Assembly: GCA_021613535.1 (NCBI GenBank)
Contig: CP075497.1
Coordinates: 5,952,001-6,016,000, forward strand
Origin: Adineta vaga
Lineage: Eukaryota; Animalia; Rotifera
DNA length: 64,000 bases
Direction of reading: 5' to 3'
The translations under genes and the position numbers were made by a program. Numbering within the stretch: position 1 is the first letter of the stretch; the number at the start of each line of letters is the position of its first letter. The notes beneath the pieces were generated by a model, which worked only from the letters and a program-made list of their open reading frames with translations, made no database searches and was not told the DNA's origin. Shown here piece by piece: positions 14,597 to 32,100 of this stretch.

Positions 14597-15319
14597 GAAA
14601 AATAGGAACAAAGCTTCATGTCGATACAATGGATTGAATTCCTCGTTTCGTGATTGATGAAACTCAAGGATCAATGAAAATAAGTGATACATGATGCATC
14701 AGACTTATATTCCGTCCAGAAATACATTTAAACAAGAGTAATTATTCAGTGGATGTTATGTTTTGAACGATTGAAATTTGTAATAAATCCTTACGGTGAT
14801 AGTCGATCATTTTAAAATAATAAAAAAATCTAGGAAACAGGTCATAGTTAATATGAACTGAGCAGAAGTTCATTGGTTTGCATTATATTATTGACATATT
14901 CAATGATCACAATATACTATTGGTTTTTGATTTTATGTTTTAGCACAATATTAGGTTTCTTTCCTATTCTCTTACATACTCTTCGAACTCTCGAGATGTA
15001 TCGAATTACCTAGAAGATCATACTTATTTTCATATTGGTTATGACATTTCATTTGTTTCACTTTTACTTGCTTAATCTATTTGTTCATCGGAAACATACG
15101 AAAATCAGCTTCTTATTCTCATTGTAAGGACACAGATGAGAGTAAAATCAGGTTGATACTTTATTCATTTCTTTTTATGAGATCTGAATAATATTTAAGA
15201 TTATTTTTTTTCAGAAAAATTATACTGACTTTATAAATATATATATATACGTTACATAATACAAAACAATAGTAATAAATAAAACTGACAAGGAAGACAT
15301 TTGGTATCTATTTTGTGTA

Positions 15320-16047
15320 TCAACATAAAATAAAACTAAGCATTGCAGCTAAACATATGACTAGAAATAATTTGATCAAATTTGGTCGTTCAATGTTAGT
15401 TGAACTGGCATTTCTATTATTGATTTTCATTTGTTTTTTTCTTTCTTTCAATGAAATACTACTACCATAATCATCCGAAAAACACGATGAAGAATTATGA
15501 ACATCGCTGATTTCAAAACGACGTGAAAGACAAAATTCGCGTCCATTTGCATATAATTCACTAACAGGTATACCTTTCATTAATGCTGTTGCACATGCTG
15601 TATACATTCGATCACAATAAGATAAACATACATGTAAACGTTCACTTCGATAAAATCTATATTGCCATGGTGAACATACATAACACATTAAAATATTTAG
15701 AAATTGACTACATTCAGCAGAGGAACCAATTAATGGACGAACCTAAATACAAAACTTTGAAATTCCTTTGACGAATAATGTCTGATACAGACCTGAGAAA
15801 AAATATGACGAACTTCATTTTCTCGACAACAACTATTCTCTTGAAACCATGTACAATTCGTTAATCCTGGTTGAGGACTTGGTGCACGATTGGAAAAAAA
15901 TGAACAATAAGGTGCAGTATTTGAAGTTGATATAGAAACAGTATACAATGAGTTATTCGTTGTCGATATCGATGAGAATACAAAACAGAAAAGAAAAACG
16001 AGAGTTAAAAGAAACTCTTGTGAAGTACGTAATGGAATCGATAACAT
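15320..16047 (-). CDS. Folate receptor / riboflavin-binding protein family Cys-rich membrane protein
   Basis: Signal peptide, CSFFSNRAPSPQPGLTNCTWFQENSCC...LMCYVCSPWQ...LHVCLSYCDRMYTAC...EFC cysteine pattern, and a hydrophobic C-terminus. Confidence 0.75.
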
Positions 16048-16298
16048 ATCAGACGAAGCCAATGAATATTTTCATCTAAAATAGAAAAGCCAAAACAAGA
16101 TGACATTATTTGCTTTGAAATACATGATTTCTAAACAGACGCACAGATGTTTAGTTAAACAACATCGTTTTACATCTCTTTGTACAGACATACACAACCC
16201 AAGAAAAAAATATTAACAGGATTTTTCAAATAAAATGAAGAAAAAGAAAACAACATCGAGTAACAAATAAATATCACTGAATGAGAACTTTTAACTGT

Positions 16299-19142
<2,844 letters not shown>

Positions 19143-19546
19143 CTAAAAGAGCAATTTAATACTCATCAACTGCAGAAAGAATTAGTAGTTTTCATATTTA
19201 TGAACCAAGGTCAATAAAATCATTTCAATAAACAACAAATCATCAATCAATGAATAGATAGATAGAAACGACACGACACAACCAACTAAATGCTACTCAA
19301 TATATCTCAACCAACCATGATCGAACAAGTTTATAACCAATCAGAAATGAATCATGTTGATCGCAGAGGACGCTTTAGAATAATTGAATTAAAAATAATA
19401 AATATGTATTTAAAAGAAAAACTGAGAAAAAAAAAACTTTGAACATTAACTAGATAAATTTGAACAACTACCGAACGGCAAAGTAGACTAAACACAGAAA
19501 GTATTGTAAAAATTAATGTATAATAATTGAGAATAATTTATCTTAT

Positions 19547-20998
19547 TTACAACGGAAGTTGATATGTATAAACACGATAATCTTTTGATGCTAAATGAAG
19601 AATATTTTGATTTGGTTCTATTGCAACATCGAGAATTTGTGAATGACAAATACGAGCTGTATAAGCACCTAAACGTTTCTTTTGTTCATATTCATCATAA
19701 ACTGTGATGTTTAATCCTTGATGATTATCAATTGCAATCAATTGTCCCTTAGAATTCAATTTAATATTCGTTGGATATGTTATATAATTTGATTCTTTGA
19801 TTTCTCGAATCAATTGTCCACTGTATGAAAAGACTTTGATTGTATGTAAATGATTATCTGAGATAAAGATTTCATAGTTATTTGAACAAATCGATGTGGG
19901 AAATTGTAATTGTGCATTTAAATGAAATAATGAAAGAACTTTGCCATCTAATGAAAAGATATGTAATTTTTGTACTTGTGATTCGATGACAATGATTCGA
20001 TGTGATTGATCAACTGTTAATGCACGTGGTTTTTCTAAATGTTGACCGAATCGTCGAATGAATTCGCCTTGAGCATTGAAAACATGAATTTGTGGTCGTG
20101 GATGACGTTGAATAACAACAAGTTGATCACTTCCACCAGGTACCACAGCAATACGATATGGATAAAGAAGATTTTGACATCCTAATGTTCGTCCTCGACC
20201 AAATGAATATTCGAATTGACCTGTTTCACTATGGAAAACTTTGATACAATGAGCATTAGTGTCGACAACAGCTAGTTTGCCTGATTCAAGCCAAGCAACA
20301 CTATTTGGTTCACGAAATGCATTGTTCCCATCACCATATTGACCTAATGATCGGATCCATTTTAAAACTTGACGAAATGAACCATTCTTATAACGAGTTT
20401 CAGAATGGACTACAGCTAAATGAGAATAAATGAATAGAGAATATAATTCGATCGATTATATTCTTACGAGCAATTCGAGATTCTTGTGTTGGAGTAAGAT
20501 GAACACGATCTAAGTCAAGTGAAGACCATGCTAGAAATAGAAAATCTTGATGAAGTAAATGTAAATCACACTCTTCGAAACTTACTATCAACTGGTTTAA
20601 GTGCAAAAAAATCTGGAGATGAATATGGTACTAAAATAGAAATTACATATATATTTAATTTCAGTTATACGATCATGAAATCATTTTACAATCTACTCAT
20701 TAACCTTTGACTATGTAAATAGATAAAATAATAAAATTATACTTACAAATATTTTCATTTGTATTAAATAGATTAGGATCATTTATTACTGATTCCAAAG
20801 CACGGCGTGGTTGTTTGACTGCTACACCAAAATCATTTCTAATAGAAAAAATACAAACAAAATAGTCCTTTGATGATTTCTAATCGTTGTATTTGTTACT
20901 CACACATCTATTCCTAACAGTGAAGACCAAACATTTTCTTGATTAGATATTCCTAATGGTCGCTTTCGTGACATTCCACCAAACGAATTACTTAACAT
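19547..20998 (-). CDS. Brat/NCL-1-like NHL-repeat protein lacking B-box and coiled-coil
   Basis: LLYPYRIAV, FIRRFGQHLEKPRALTVD, EIFISDNH, IAIDNH and LASKDYRVYTY parallel the Brat NHL propeller. The N-terminus is short. Confidence 0.8.
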
Positions 20999-21520
20999 TT
21001 TTTTGAAACTTTTTTTAATAAACAATTAAATCAAATTCTTGCTTGAATAAGTTAGAATGACTGGGTACCAAAACAAACCCCTTGATAATATGTACACAAA
21101 TGTCGTCGTTGTTGCTCGTTTAACGATGTTGACGAAAGAAAATATATACCATGACTATTTATATAGATACAGTTAAATACAAAGATAAAGGCGAAAGATA
21201 TATATATATACATATACATATAACATAATCGAAAGAAAGAAAAAGTCTTTTCTAGGTGTGTGTAGAATGTGAATATACTGATGCGATCTTCGTCGTTTAT
21301 TTGACAATTGTAAGTGCAAAAAGCGTCCGCTGTTGAAAGAATATGATCGATTTCTAATTCCGTCGAATATTCTCATACTGAACTATGAAAATCGATGTCA
21401 ATGAGAATAAAGAAAATGCTTTGTTATGAAATGTGATTCTCATTTAACTGAATAGATTTCATTCAATAAGCTTTTATTATATGAAAAAGAAAACAAATAA
21501 AATCTAGTTTAGTTTTTGTT

Positions 21521-23173
21521 TTACATTCTTTCAACTAAAGGTATAGAAAGAAGTGATAGTACTCGTCGAAACAATGTAAGAATACGTTCAATCAATTCTA
21601 AACGAGCAAACATTGTTGATAATAAATGACTTTGATTTTCCTAGAAGAAACGAAGAAATGTCAATAGACGATTTTGAAGGTCAAACAGTTTTTTTCTTAT
21701 TTACAGTTAATATGCGAACTTTTGAATAGTATGGACTTAAACGACGAGAGAATAGAATCAATTCTTGAAAAATCTAAAATAAAAATCATTTCGTTTATCC
21801 AATCGTACAATTTTTCAAGCTACCTTATCAATATTTATCTGTATTTTATTCCCATCATTTATTGAAATAAGTAGAAAACGAGATTCAAATGAATTTATCC
21901 ATTTGAGAAATTCTTGTTCATCCTATTAACATATAAAATAGTTGATATTCCCTCAAATTGTAAATCTTACTTTATTCGTTAACATATCTTCAAGTCTATT
22001 CTCAAACATTTCTCGCACTGGATAGAATCCTAAAAATTACGTAGACATATAATCTTATTTTCAACGAATTTTATTCATTTAAAAACATACCACTTTGATA
22101 TTTTGTTTGATAATTATTCAAAATAGATATTAATCGTGCACCTGTATATAGTAAAAACAAAGTATCATGATTTGTTTCAACATTTGATCGTAAATGCACC
22201 TAAAACAGATACAAAATTGGTTTGAAAAAGAAATTTCTCTTTTTCTTTTTCTTTTACAATCGAATTTTGTTTTCGACACATTAAATGTAATTTGAAAACG
22301 GTCATTGGAATGAATGAACTAGCAGATGTACGTTCATTAACACTATTGGCCAACACCTCTCTCAAACAAAACGATTTCACATTAACTATGAATCGATGTC
22401 GAGTATGAATAATCATATGTTGATTACTTACTTCGTGTATTTTTCAACCGATAAATCATCATATTTCGTTGATGGTCTATCATCACCAATTACCGCAGGT
22501 GCCAATGTAAGAAATGACTAAATAGATGATTTAATATCGATAAATGTTGAAAAGAGAAAACAAGATTGACGAACTTGTTTTAAATGAGAATATTTTGTAT
22601 AAATAATCTTAGATAGAATAACGAATAATTCACATTGATATTGAAATTGAAAATCACAGAGATGGATGATATGAATGTCGCTGTCTTGATATTTTTCTAA
22701 AATTTTTTCGAATGAATATAATTTATCGAATAAACGAGGATCATCTGGAAATCGAACTAAATAGAAAAGAAGATTTTTTATATTCACTATTAATATTGAT
22801 CATGCATACTTGAAGTTTCATTTGAAGATTTGATTAGATAATCTCTATCGACATGTTCAATATTGATTGTGATTCGATTATCATCATCAAATGAAATTGA
22901 ATGTGAATTTTTAAGAAGATTTTCAATGATTTGTTGTTGCTCATTCGAAGATATTTGTAGAAAATCTTGTTCTTCATTATCATTCATTAGATGAAGTTTA
23001 TTAATCAAATCAATAAAGGAATGATTGGTATCGAAATCAAACATCATAAGAAATGAATTTTTCGATTGATGAAGAAGTTTATTCAATACATTCGACCAAA
23101 AAAGAATTCTTAATGAAGTAAATACTTTCTCAATCGGTTTTTCACCTAACCAAATAACAAATAAATAATTCAT
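21521..23173 (-). CDS. Hypothetical multi-exon protein, no recognised family
   Basis: A chain of exons with GT-AG short introns (ORFs 22790-23173, 22518-22787, 22177-22416 and downstream), ending PLVERM-stop at 21521. Confidence 0.6.
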
Positions 23174-23679
23174 CTAAAGACAAAATAAGGCATATATAAC
23201 ATCTATGCTTAATTCAAATTTCAGTCGTTTTATTGATGTTAATGCTGTTATTCAATCCATAAATATTGATATAATCCACTGATGCTTTTCAGATTAAGAA
23301 ATGAAAAGATTTTATAGAACATTCATACGTATATATTTTTTAATTTTATCTCAAAATCATATTTCTCTGTTTGTAACAACAAGCACACGGACATATTTGA
23401 GAAAGAAACTAAATAGCAACAGGATACACATTGTGTGAACAGATCAAAAACATTGAAAATCACACATAAAATATATATATATACACAGACCGTTTTTCTA
23501 TTTGAAATAAAGAGAGATTTCAATATAAGTTTTTTGTCTTCAAAAAACAAAAGAAAGAAGATACGGGATAAAGGTCACCGGAGTGTTTGTCTGTCTGAGA
23601 AAAGAAAGTCAACTTGATACATCGTTTGATTAGAAGGAAAATTAGTCATTTTATGTACATTGTCAACTATTGTATAAGT

Positions 23680-26345
23680 TTATAATCGTTGAGAGATTGT
23701 CGAATGATGAGAATTACTGTTGATTAAGATTGACTGATCATCATTCTAAAAACAAAAAAGAAGCAAAATGAGTATCATAGTGTTATATGAAGACTTGGAT
23801 TGTATGCTGTGATAAATATCATAGAAACATTTAACGTCCTTTCTCATAAGTAGTTATCTTGCATAAAGCAGTGACATTGACGATAAAAAGGCAAATCGTG
23901 ACATGTGTCATTAGAAAAAGTCTCAACTGACAGGTTGACATCACTAAAAGAAATACACTCAAATTGTTTTTATTAATGATCAGTATAATAACTTCTTATG
24001 TCAAAGATTAACGTATGACGTAATCTACGTACAGAATTAGTTTGTTGAATTTCATGTGGTTTTTCCCAAATAGTAATAATTCCATCTTGTGATGAAGTAA
24101 AAAAACAATTTTCATCAAAATAAATTCCATTCAAACGTTCATTTGATATTAATTCAGTTACAATAGGTTCAATTATTTGTATTTCATCTAATCGTGGACA
24201 TAATTGAGTACCGAATATACTCTTTGTTAAATCAAAATTCGTTCGACGTGATAATAAACTATTTGTTGATACAGTTGATAAAGAACTATAATTCGAATCA
24301 TTGGATACTGATGTATTTGCTGAAACTAATGATGATGATCCTGTAGATTTTGAACTACTGATTGTATGCGAAAGCAATGGGAGTTTACGTGTTTTTTTCG
24401 ATGAACCATTTGAGAGTTTTGTTAATGATGTATCAGGAGTATCATCAATAGATTTATGAACTTTATTTGAATTACGTGTAAATGATAAACGTGCTGTTAG
24501 CGATGAAAATGATGATTTTGTTGTTGATAATGATGAATTTGTTGATGATATTGTTGTTGTATCAGAAAGAAAAGATGAATAACCATTCGATGAAATTAAA
24601 TGATTTGATGAATTACGTTTCGATAGATTAGAATTGCTAGTTTTTGAATGAATTTTATGAATTCGAAGTATATCTTCTGTTATATCCCAAAAACATAAAC
24701 GATTATCTTGTCCAACAGATGCAATTCGATAAAATATCGAAGGAATATTCATATCAAAACACGATGAATTACTTTGTGAACATGAAATTGATTTTCTTAT
24801 TTGTTTATTATTATTATCATCATCATTGAATGATATCGATGATGGTCGTTGAGTAAATGATGAATAATATGTTTTTGCATTCATATATGGATCAAATGAA
24901 ATTGCACTTATCCAAGATGTATGTCCGTGACCACGACAGACAACATGAGTTGAATGTTCTTCAGAATTTAGTGAAAATAATGTCATAAAATCATCTTCAC
25001 CACCGGTTGCAAGATATTTCCCATCAGGGGACCAACATACCTGAAAACAACAATTTCATATTGATTCAAACTATTTCTATCAATAAAAAGATCAAGATAC
25101 TTACACAGAGAAGACCACCAAAATAACTTTTCATATGAGCAATTAATTCCATTTTCTCATAGTTGAATATTCTTAAAAATCCATCTTGTGAGACAATAGC
25201 CATAAGAGTATAATCAGGTGAAAAAGCAAATTCATTGATACTTCCACTTCCAATTGACCATCTTGATACCGGATTTCGTGCTTGTTTTGATTTATTCTAA
25301 ATAAAGATTAAATAGAACTTTCTTTGTTCGATTCTTATCATCAAACAAACCTTTAAATAGGAGATTGTGAAATTGTTTTCATCGTCTTTAATTATTGCAT
25401 AAGTTGTTTGAATATTTGTATCACGTTGATGATTAAGTTGTTCATCGAATACATATAGATTTCCACTCGAATAAGATGCTGCAAAATGTGTTCGAGGTGA
25501 CGATAACCATTTTATACATGTTACTTTTGTTTTATCCAAATAACTCTAGTTAAACAGATGATTTCTTCATGATTTTTATTCAATTAACTAGAGAAACTTA
25601 CAGCTTCATTAAAAACTTTCTGTTCTTTGGTTTGCATATTGATATATTGAATTTGTCCTTTAGAAAAACCAACAAGTACATGTAATGTATTTGTATCCAG
25701 ATTTTGAATAATATCGTGACATGTTGGTTGATGATTTTGTTTATAGATACGATGATCAATTGGTTCACCAAAATTTGCCTAAAGATTTCATAAAGAACAA
25801 TTAATATTTCTTTTTTATTGAAAAGAAAGAAAAAGAACCTGTGTTGCTTCATTAAATTCATACATGATCAATTCTCTTCCAATATTGAATGCTAATAATT
25901 CACTCGTAATCACATTTTCACTTTGTTCATTTCCTTCAATTCCATTAGAAACTGCCGAATGTTTTCTTCCGTCAAATTGCTGGTCATTTGATGGATTTTC
26001 TAAACTTGGTGGTATAGATTGACGATTATTATTTATTGTTAATGATGAATGCAGTGAACTTGTTTCACTATTCGATTCATTCAATGATTGTAATCGTGTT
26101 ATTAATGTTAATCTAACCGGCTCATTTAAACATGTATTGCTACCAGATTTACCAAGATTATCGATGAATGATGAAACTTTATATGTACCTTCACGTGAGA
26201 TAAATTCTGTTTTGATATTATCATTACGTTGATTGGGATCTTTGGATAGATTTGTTTGATTAATTGTAGAACGTGTTGTAATTGTCGAAGCCAGACCGAA
26301 AATTGATGGCGGATGGCTAAAATTGGATGGTTCGGTTCGAGCCAT
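23680..26345 (-). CDS. WDR20: WDR20/DMWD-like WD40 protein (USP12/46 cofactor family)
   Basis: IKTEFISREGTYK, FNIGREL, DKTKVTCIKW, MKSYFGGLLCVCWSPDGKY, GHGHTSWISAISFDPY, SVGQDNRLCFWD and LCPRLDE. Confidence 0.9.
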
Positions 26346-27274
26346 TGAAATCGTCGTTTAATCGACGGATTGATAAAGATAATTTATATTTAGAAAATTG
26401 AGACTTCATTCGAGAGAATTACTTGAAGAAAAGCGTGACATTTTAAGTTTTTTTCTCTCTAGTATATGATGAATATTTCTGATTAGTTTCTAATGAATCA
26501 GTCGCCATTTTGTTTTTTCCTGTTCTGTATCATTCTAATTGGATGAGACATGAACGAATGAAGAAAAAGCGATTGATTCTTTCTTAGATTGATTTGGACT
26601 TCATTTCATAAAACAAATATTAAAATCATTGAAAAAGAATTCTCTATCCAGAATATTTCTCATGATATGAAGATCTTGTCAAATTATCATGAAAAAAGTT
26701 TAATTGAAAATCATTTCAAACTCGTATTATCTGTTTGATTATTAAGACTTGTATATCTCCGTGACCGTACTTATCGTTAGGCTTTCCGAAATGTATGAAA
26801 AGTTTGAATGATTGAAAAAACACGTACAAACTTATTTCATACTTTAATAATTATTTCGAAAACAAGAGACATGAATTTACGAAAAAATGAAAATGTATAT
26901 TCTTTTTAAGGAATTTTATTTTGCAAATAAAATAAATAGTTAATTCAAATTAGAATGATTCATGACAGACGTCAGATAAATTGATTGAGAATAATGAAAT
27001 ATAAAAATCCACTCAATGTCTTCAAAGAATACTTCAAGTGAATTCCATAGTTTTCAAAAGTAGCAGGGTGTTGATGTCGATTGCTTCAATACGAAAGAAT
27101 AATTTTAAAAAACGTCTGACTGATTGTTTTTCTTTTTTGTCACGTATTTGAAAATAATGTTACATAACACATTCAGCTACCAAGGGAAACAAACGCAAAA
27201 GACTTTCAATAGAATCAACATCAAATATGACGCCATAAGTTTTTGGATGAATAATTTTTGTTTAAATCGACATT

Positions 27275-27696
27275 ATGGCTATGCAAAGACGTACTAATGG
27301 TCGTTTACCATCTGAAATTAATCGTATTCTATACGTTCGAAATCTTCCCTATAAAATAACTGCAGAAGATATATATGATATATTCGGTAAATATGGTGCT
27401 ATTCGACAAATTCGTGTTGGTAATACACCTGATACACAAGGTAAGGACAGTTCTAGTTCCTTTTCTTTCATAATAGTTTTTCTTTTTTCGTTATTGAATT
27501 AGGTACTGCATTCATTGCTTATGAAGATATATTCGATGCAAAGAATGCTTGCGATCATTTGTCAGGATTTAATGTTTGTAATCGTTATTTAGTAGTGCTT
27601 TATTATCAAGCAAACAAAGCACATGATAAAATGAATTTAAACAAAGAAAAAGAAAAATTAACAAAAACGCAAGCAAGATTTGGATTAAATACATAA
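27275..27696 (+). CDS. SF3B6: Splicing factor 3B subunit 6 (p14), two exons
   Basis: [42 protein letters not shown]...[36 protein letters not shown] is near-identical to SF3B6. Confidence 0.97.
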
Positions 27697-29128
27697 AAAA
27701 AACTGTTCTTATCAATATCTCAATTAGTTTTTCTTTTTCTGTTTGTTGTATCTTGCATAAATACATGATATATGTATTAATCAGTTGAATGAAAGATTAG
27801 AAGGCTAAATATTGAAATTTTCATATATCGGATAAGATTTAAAAGAAATATTTTCGTTCCATTTTGATAGAAAGAAAAAGAAATCTTTTGCCAAGAGAAA
27901 AGAAATGAAGAATTTTTCTTCTATTTACAACCTTACGATATATTGACTTTGAATATCAAGCAATTTGTTCTTCTGTATGTTTATTCCTCTTCATCAATCT
28001 TCTTCTTGGCTGCTGTGCTGTACATAAAAATCGAACTGTCACGAACATTTGTACTCATTATTGATAAGCATGAGAGCAAGAAGAAGAAGAAGGAAAGGTA
28101 AGAGAACTTCTCGTTCTTTTTTCAGTTTTACGTAATATATAATAAGCTTCAATATGAGACAAACGAGAGATTGTGCATAAGGGAGCGAGAGGAATTTGAG
28201 CGACCTTGAAAATCTCGTTCTGACATGACAAGATGAGAGACATATGAAAGATTAGTTATACTGTTATAAAAAAACAACCAATATCAAATATCCATTTCTA
28301 ACAATATTCATTTTCTTTTTCAACGATATTAATCCAATTTTACGGCCAGTGAATTCTTATTTCTTTCACACATTTTTCAAGTTTGTTCATTCTTTTCTAT
28401 GTGATATAAACATACGATATTTAAGTGTAGTCATTTGAAATGGTACTCACCGATAGTCTTGTTACTTTTTTCGATGGTATTATATAATATTTCAAAACGC
28501 AAAAGTTAAAATGTTCAACCACATCGTTGTCATGTTTACATCAAACATTCATTCAATTGATCAATGATGAAACAAACAGTAATGTACTTAGAAGTTCTAT
28601 TTTTTATTTTTATTTTGATATAATGATTTATTTATTTCCTAGTTCTGTTTTCTAAGTTGAAAATTCGTAAGTATCAGCGAAGAAGCGAATTTATATCATA
28701 TTCATAAATCAAAATCTTGTCTTAAATGACAACTTATTCATCTTGATAATAGAAAAAAAGAAAGCCTTGGTTTATACAATAGGATACGTGCTGAGAAATA
28801 AAAATAATCTTAGTCTACGATTCATAGAAAGAGACTTCTATTGAAAAATAAACATATTTACTTAGACTTGGAAAAAACCTTGTGTACTCAAAGCATAATA
28901 CTAGGAATATGTTCTATGTATCCTAGATTTACTTTTATTTATTTGTTTCAATGTAATCATTTAGATATAGTATTGACATTGTGCATGATTAACCTTTTCT
29001 TTTATAAATAATATACACATTTTTTTTTGTATAGTAGATAATATATTCATTGAAATTATATTTGAATAATAGATTACTTCATAGGAACTAAATTAACGTG
29101 TTGATTGATAATTTTTAGATTACGAAAT

Positions 29129-32100
29129 ATGAATTATCAATACGAAAATCAACAGTACAGTCGACAATTACTCAATATTGTCGCATGGTACTATTGAACA
29201 ACTTTTTGTAAGTAAAAAGTGATTTTTGTTTTTCATGAAAGATCATCTTTGTTTGTTTTTTTTTGAAGATATTTCTACAAGGATTTCATCGAATACCTTT
29301 TCATAATTTAACTGATGTGATATCATATGAAGGAGTTATTGATGATCAAATTGATTTTATTGATTGCACAGGTACAAGATATGATGTTACACCATTGATT
29401 ATAGCAGCTGGAAAAGGTAAAAGAAGAAGATATTTTGCTTAGTTCATTATTCAAAAAATGATAATCGATAGGTTCATATGAAAAAACGAAAATTCTTCTT
29501 GTTCATGGAGCTAATCCAAATAAACAATGTGCAACTGGGTAGGCAAAGACAAATGATTACTATGGTATTTGAATCTGTTTTTCTTTCTCTAGCGATACAG
29601 CATTGAATTTAGCTGTGCATCGTCATAAATTTCCAATTGTTGATTTACTTCTTCACTATCGTGCAAATCCAAATCTTTATAATCACTCTGGTAAAACAGC
29701 ATTGCATCGAGCTGCTGTTTCATATGCCAACGAAGATCTTCGACATCTTCGAGCATTACTTGATGTAAGTTATGTGTGTTATCAATAGATTATTCGATTT
29801 GTTCTTTCATCAATAATCTTAGTAGATATATATTGTTTTTAATGTTTGTTTTTCTATTGTTACAATTCAAAATTGAGTAGTAAAAAAGAAGATGATTACT
29901 TATTTTTAAAGGCTGGAGCTGATCCAAATATTGAAGATCGAAATCAACGATTACCACTCGATGAAGCGATTATTATGAATAAACCAGGTAGAAAACAAGA
30001 ATATCACTGAATATTTTCACAAAATTTACTTTATTTATTAGAAATTGTGGAGATATTCTTAATCTATGATCCAACATTAATTCATCGAGCATATCGAGCA
30101 GCTGCCATTGCTTCTCGTCTAGGTAAATTTCATTTCTTTTTTTCTTTTTCGTCCAAATATTTCAATATAGGTTATGATGAATGTTTATTAACATTATTGA
30201 ATTATGGTATGGATCCAAATATTACTGATCAAACACGAACAACACCATTACATATAGCGTATGTAAAAACATATTTCTTAGAAATATCAAAAGACAAATT
30301 CATTTTCTTTTTCAGTGTTCGTGCAACGAAATTATCTACAGTTCAACTCTTAGTTGCACATGGTGCTGATCAAAATTTATCTAATAATCGAGGTGAAACA
30401 CCTTTGAGTATAGCGGAATTTCTACCATTAGATCAACAACAGAATTTTATTAACGTTCTCATTGGTATGAAATTGCCAGATCAAGTTTACACACTCATCA
30501 TTTTATCTCTATTTTTTTTTCAGAAACACCACAAGCAATACCATCGAAATTGCAAACATACACAACAGATACAGGTGTGTGTAACTGTTTTCACGAAGAA
30601 ATATAAGATTAAATTGTTTATTTAGAAAATTTCGTTCCGCATATATATCCACTACTTAGTAATCAGTCAAATTGGACATTTGATAATAATGAATATCGTA
30701 GTCAAACAGCAGAAAATTCTTCTGTACTTAATCTACTTGATGGTAAATGAATGATTGTATATCTTAAAAATGAAGAATCTTTGGATTTTGTAGATTCTAA
30801 TGAAACATATTGGTGTTGTACACAATCAAAAAATGCTTGGATTATATTTGATCTGAAATATGAACATCATATCAATGGTTTGAAAATAACTGGATGGTAA
30901 AGTTTAAGATTAGGAAAAACAAGAAATTGATCAAATTTTATTTCTAGTGGTAATTATTCGGCACCTAGAAATGGATATTTAGATGTATCGAATTCTGTTA
31001 GTGGACCTTGGCTTAAAGTAACAAATTTTACTTGTTTAATATCTCGTAAGATATCAAGAATCTGGATAAGATGAAAAGATTTTTGTATTGATTGTAGAAG
31101 GAAATACGATGGAAATCTTTTTTCCATCATTAGAAACTCGTTTTCTTCGAGTTTTTATTCTGGATAATTATGGTGGTGATGATATTCAAATACAAAATCT
31201 TGCTTTTTTTGGTGTTGATATGCGTTTAGTTCATTTAATACGAGAATATGGATTAGAAAATAGTCTAAACACATTACTAGAGAATGTAAATATAATAGAC
31301 ATTTCAATAAATATTGAATGATTTCAATTCATTCTATTTCAGGGTATCAATGACTTAGACAAATTAGCTGAAAATCTTGACGAAATTTTAAACTCATCGG
31401 TAAGTATATAAAGTTAAAATTGTACTATTCATTTTTGAATGATCATATTGTTTATTGTTCTATATGCTTTCTTTTAGGATAAATATCTTCATGTAAATGA
31501 TCATTTTCAATTTATACGCTTAACTGAATCATTGAAATGTGAGTGCCGAAATTTAATCATTTATAAATTTATATTTCTTCATTTATTTTAGCACTACAAT
31601 TAACTTTTCTTGAATGGTGTATACCTCCTCAAACAACAGCTATTGTTGGTGAAAAATTAAAAACATTCAGTGTTGAAGGCAATAGTGGTGTTACTGATCG
31701 AGTTAAATTAGAAGAAAAACGTATGTTCGATTTTTACAAGAATGATGATTTTAATATATTATTTATCATAGTTGAAAATAATTCACAGATCAACACCGCA
31801 CTAGTGAAAGATCTTGAACCAATACATAGTCGATCATTAGCAGATTTTTCGGATTATATCATCAAGTATCGTACGTATAGAAATAAAACTTATATATATA
31901 TTACACTAATCTAAATTATATCAATAAAATTCTCAATTTATTATGGAGGGAAATTCAGAAATCGAATATTTGATGTTTTTGTTTAGCTGGTCGACACAAA
32001 ATTCGAATTGCTAGTGTTCAAAATTCTCACATTCATACGTCATGGCAAGAAATTGTTGTGGGTAAGGTTATCTCTTCCGATTTTCAACTACGTCGTTCAC

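Noticed and set aside
26790-26845. Imperfect inverted repeat GTATGAAAAGTTTG...CAAACTTATTTCATAC, a possible MITE remnant
   Set aside because: Short, AT-rich, single copy in the window, and with no clear target-site duplication.
29400-30470. Calling the ankyrin protein an IkB orthologue
   Set aside because: No DSGxxS degron seen and the domain context (discoidin, long tails) differs. Kept only as part of a speculative cluster hypothesis.
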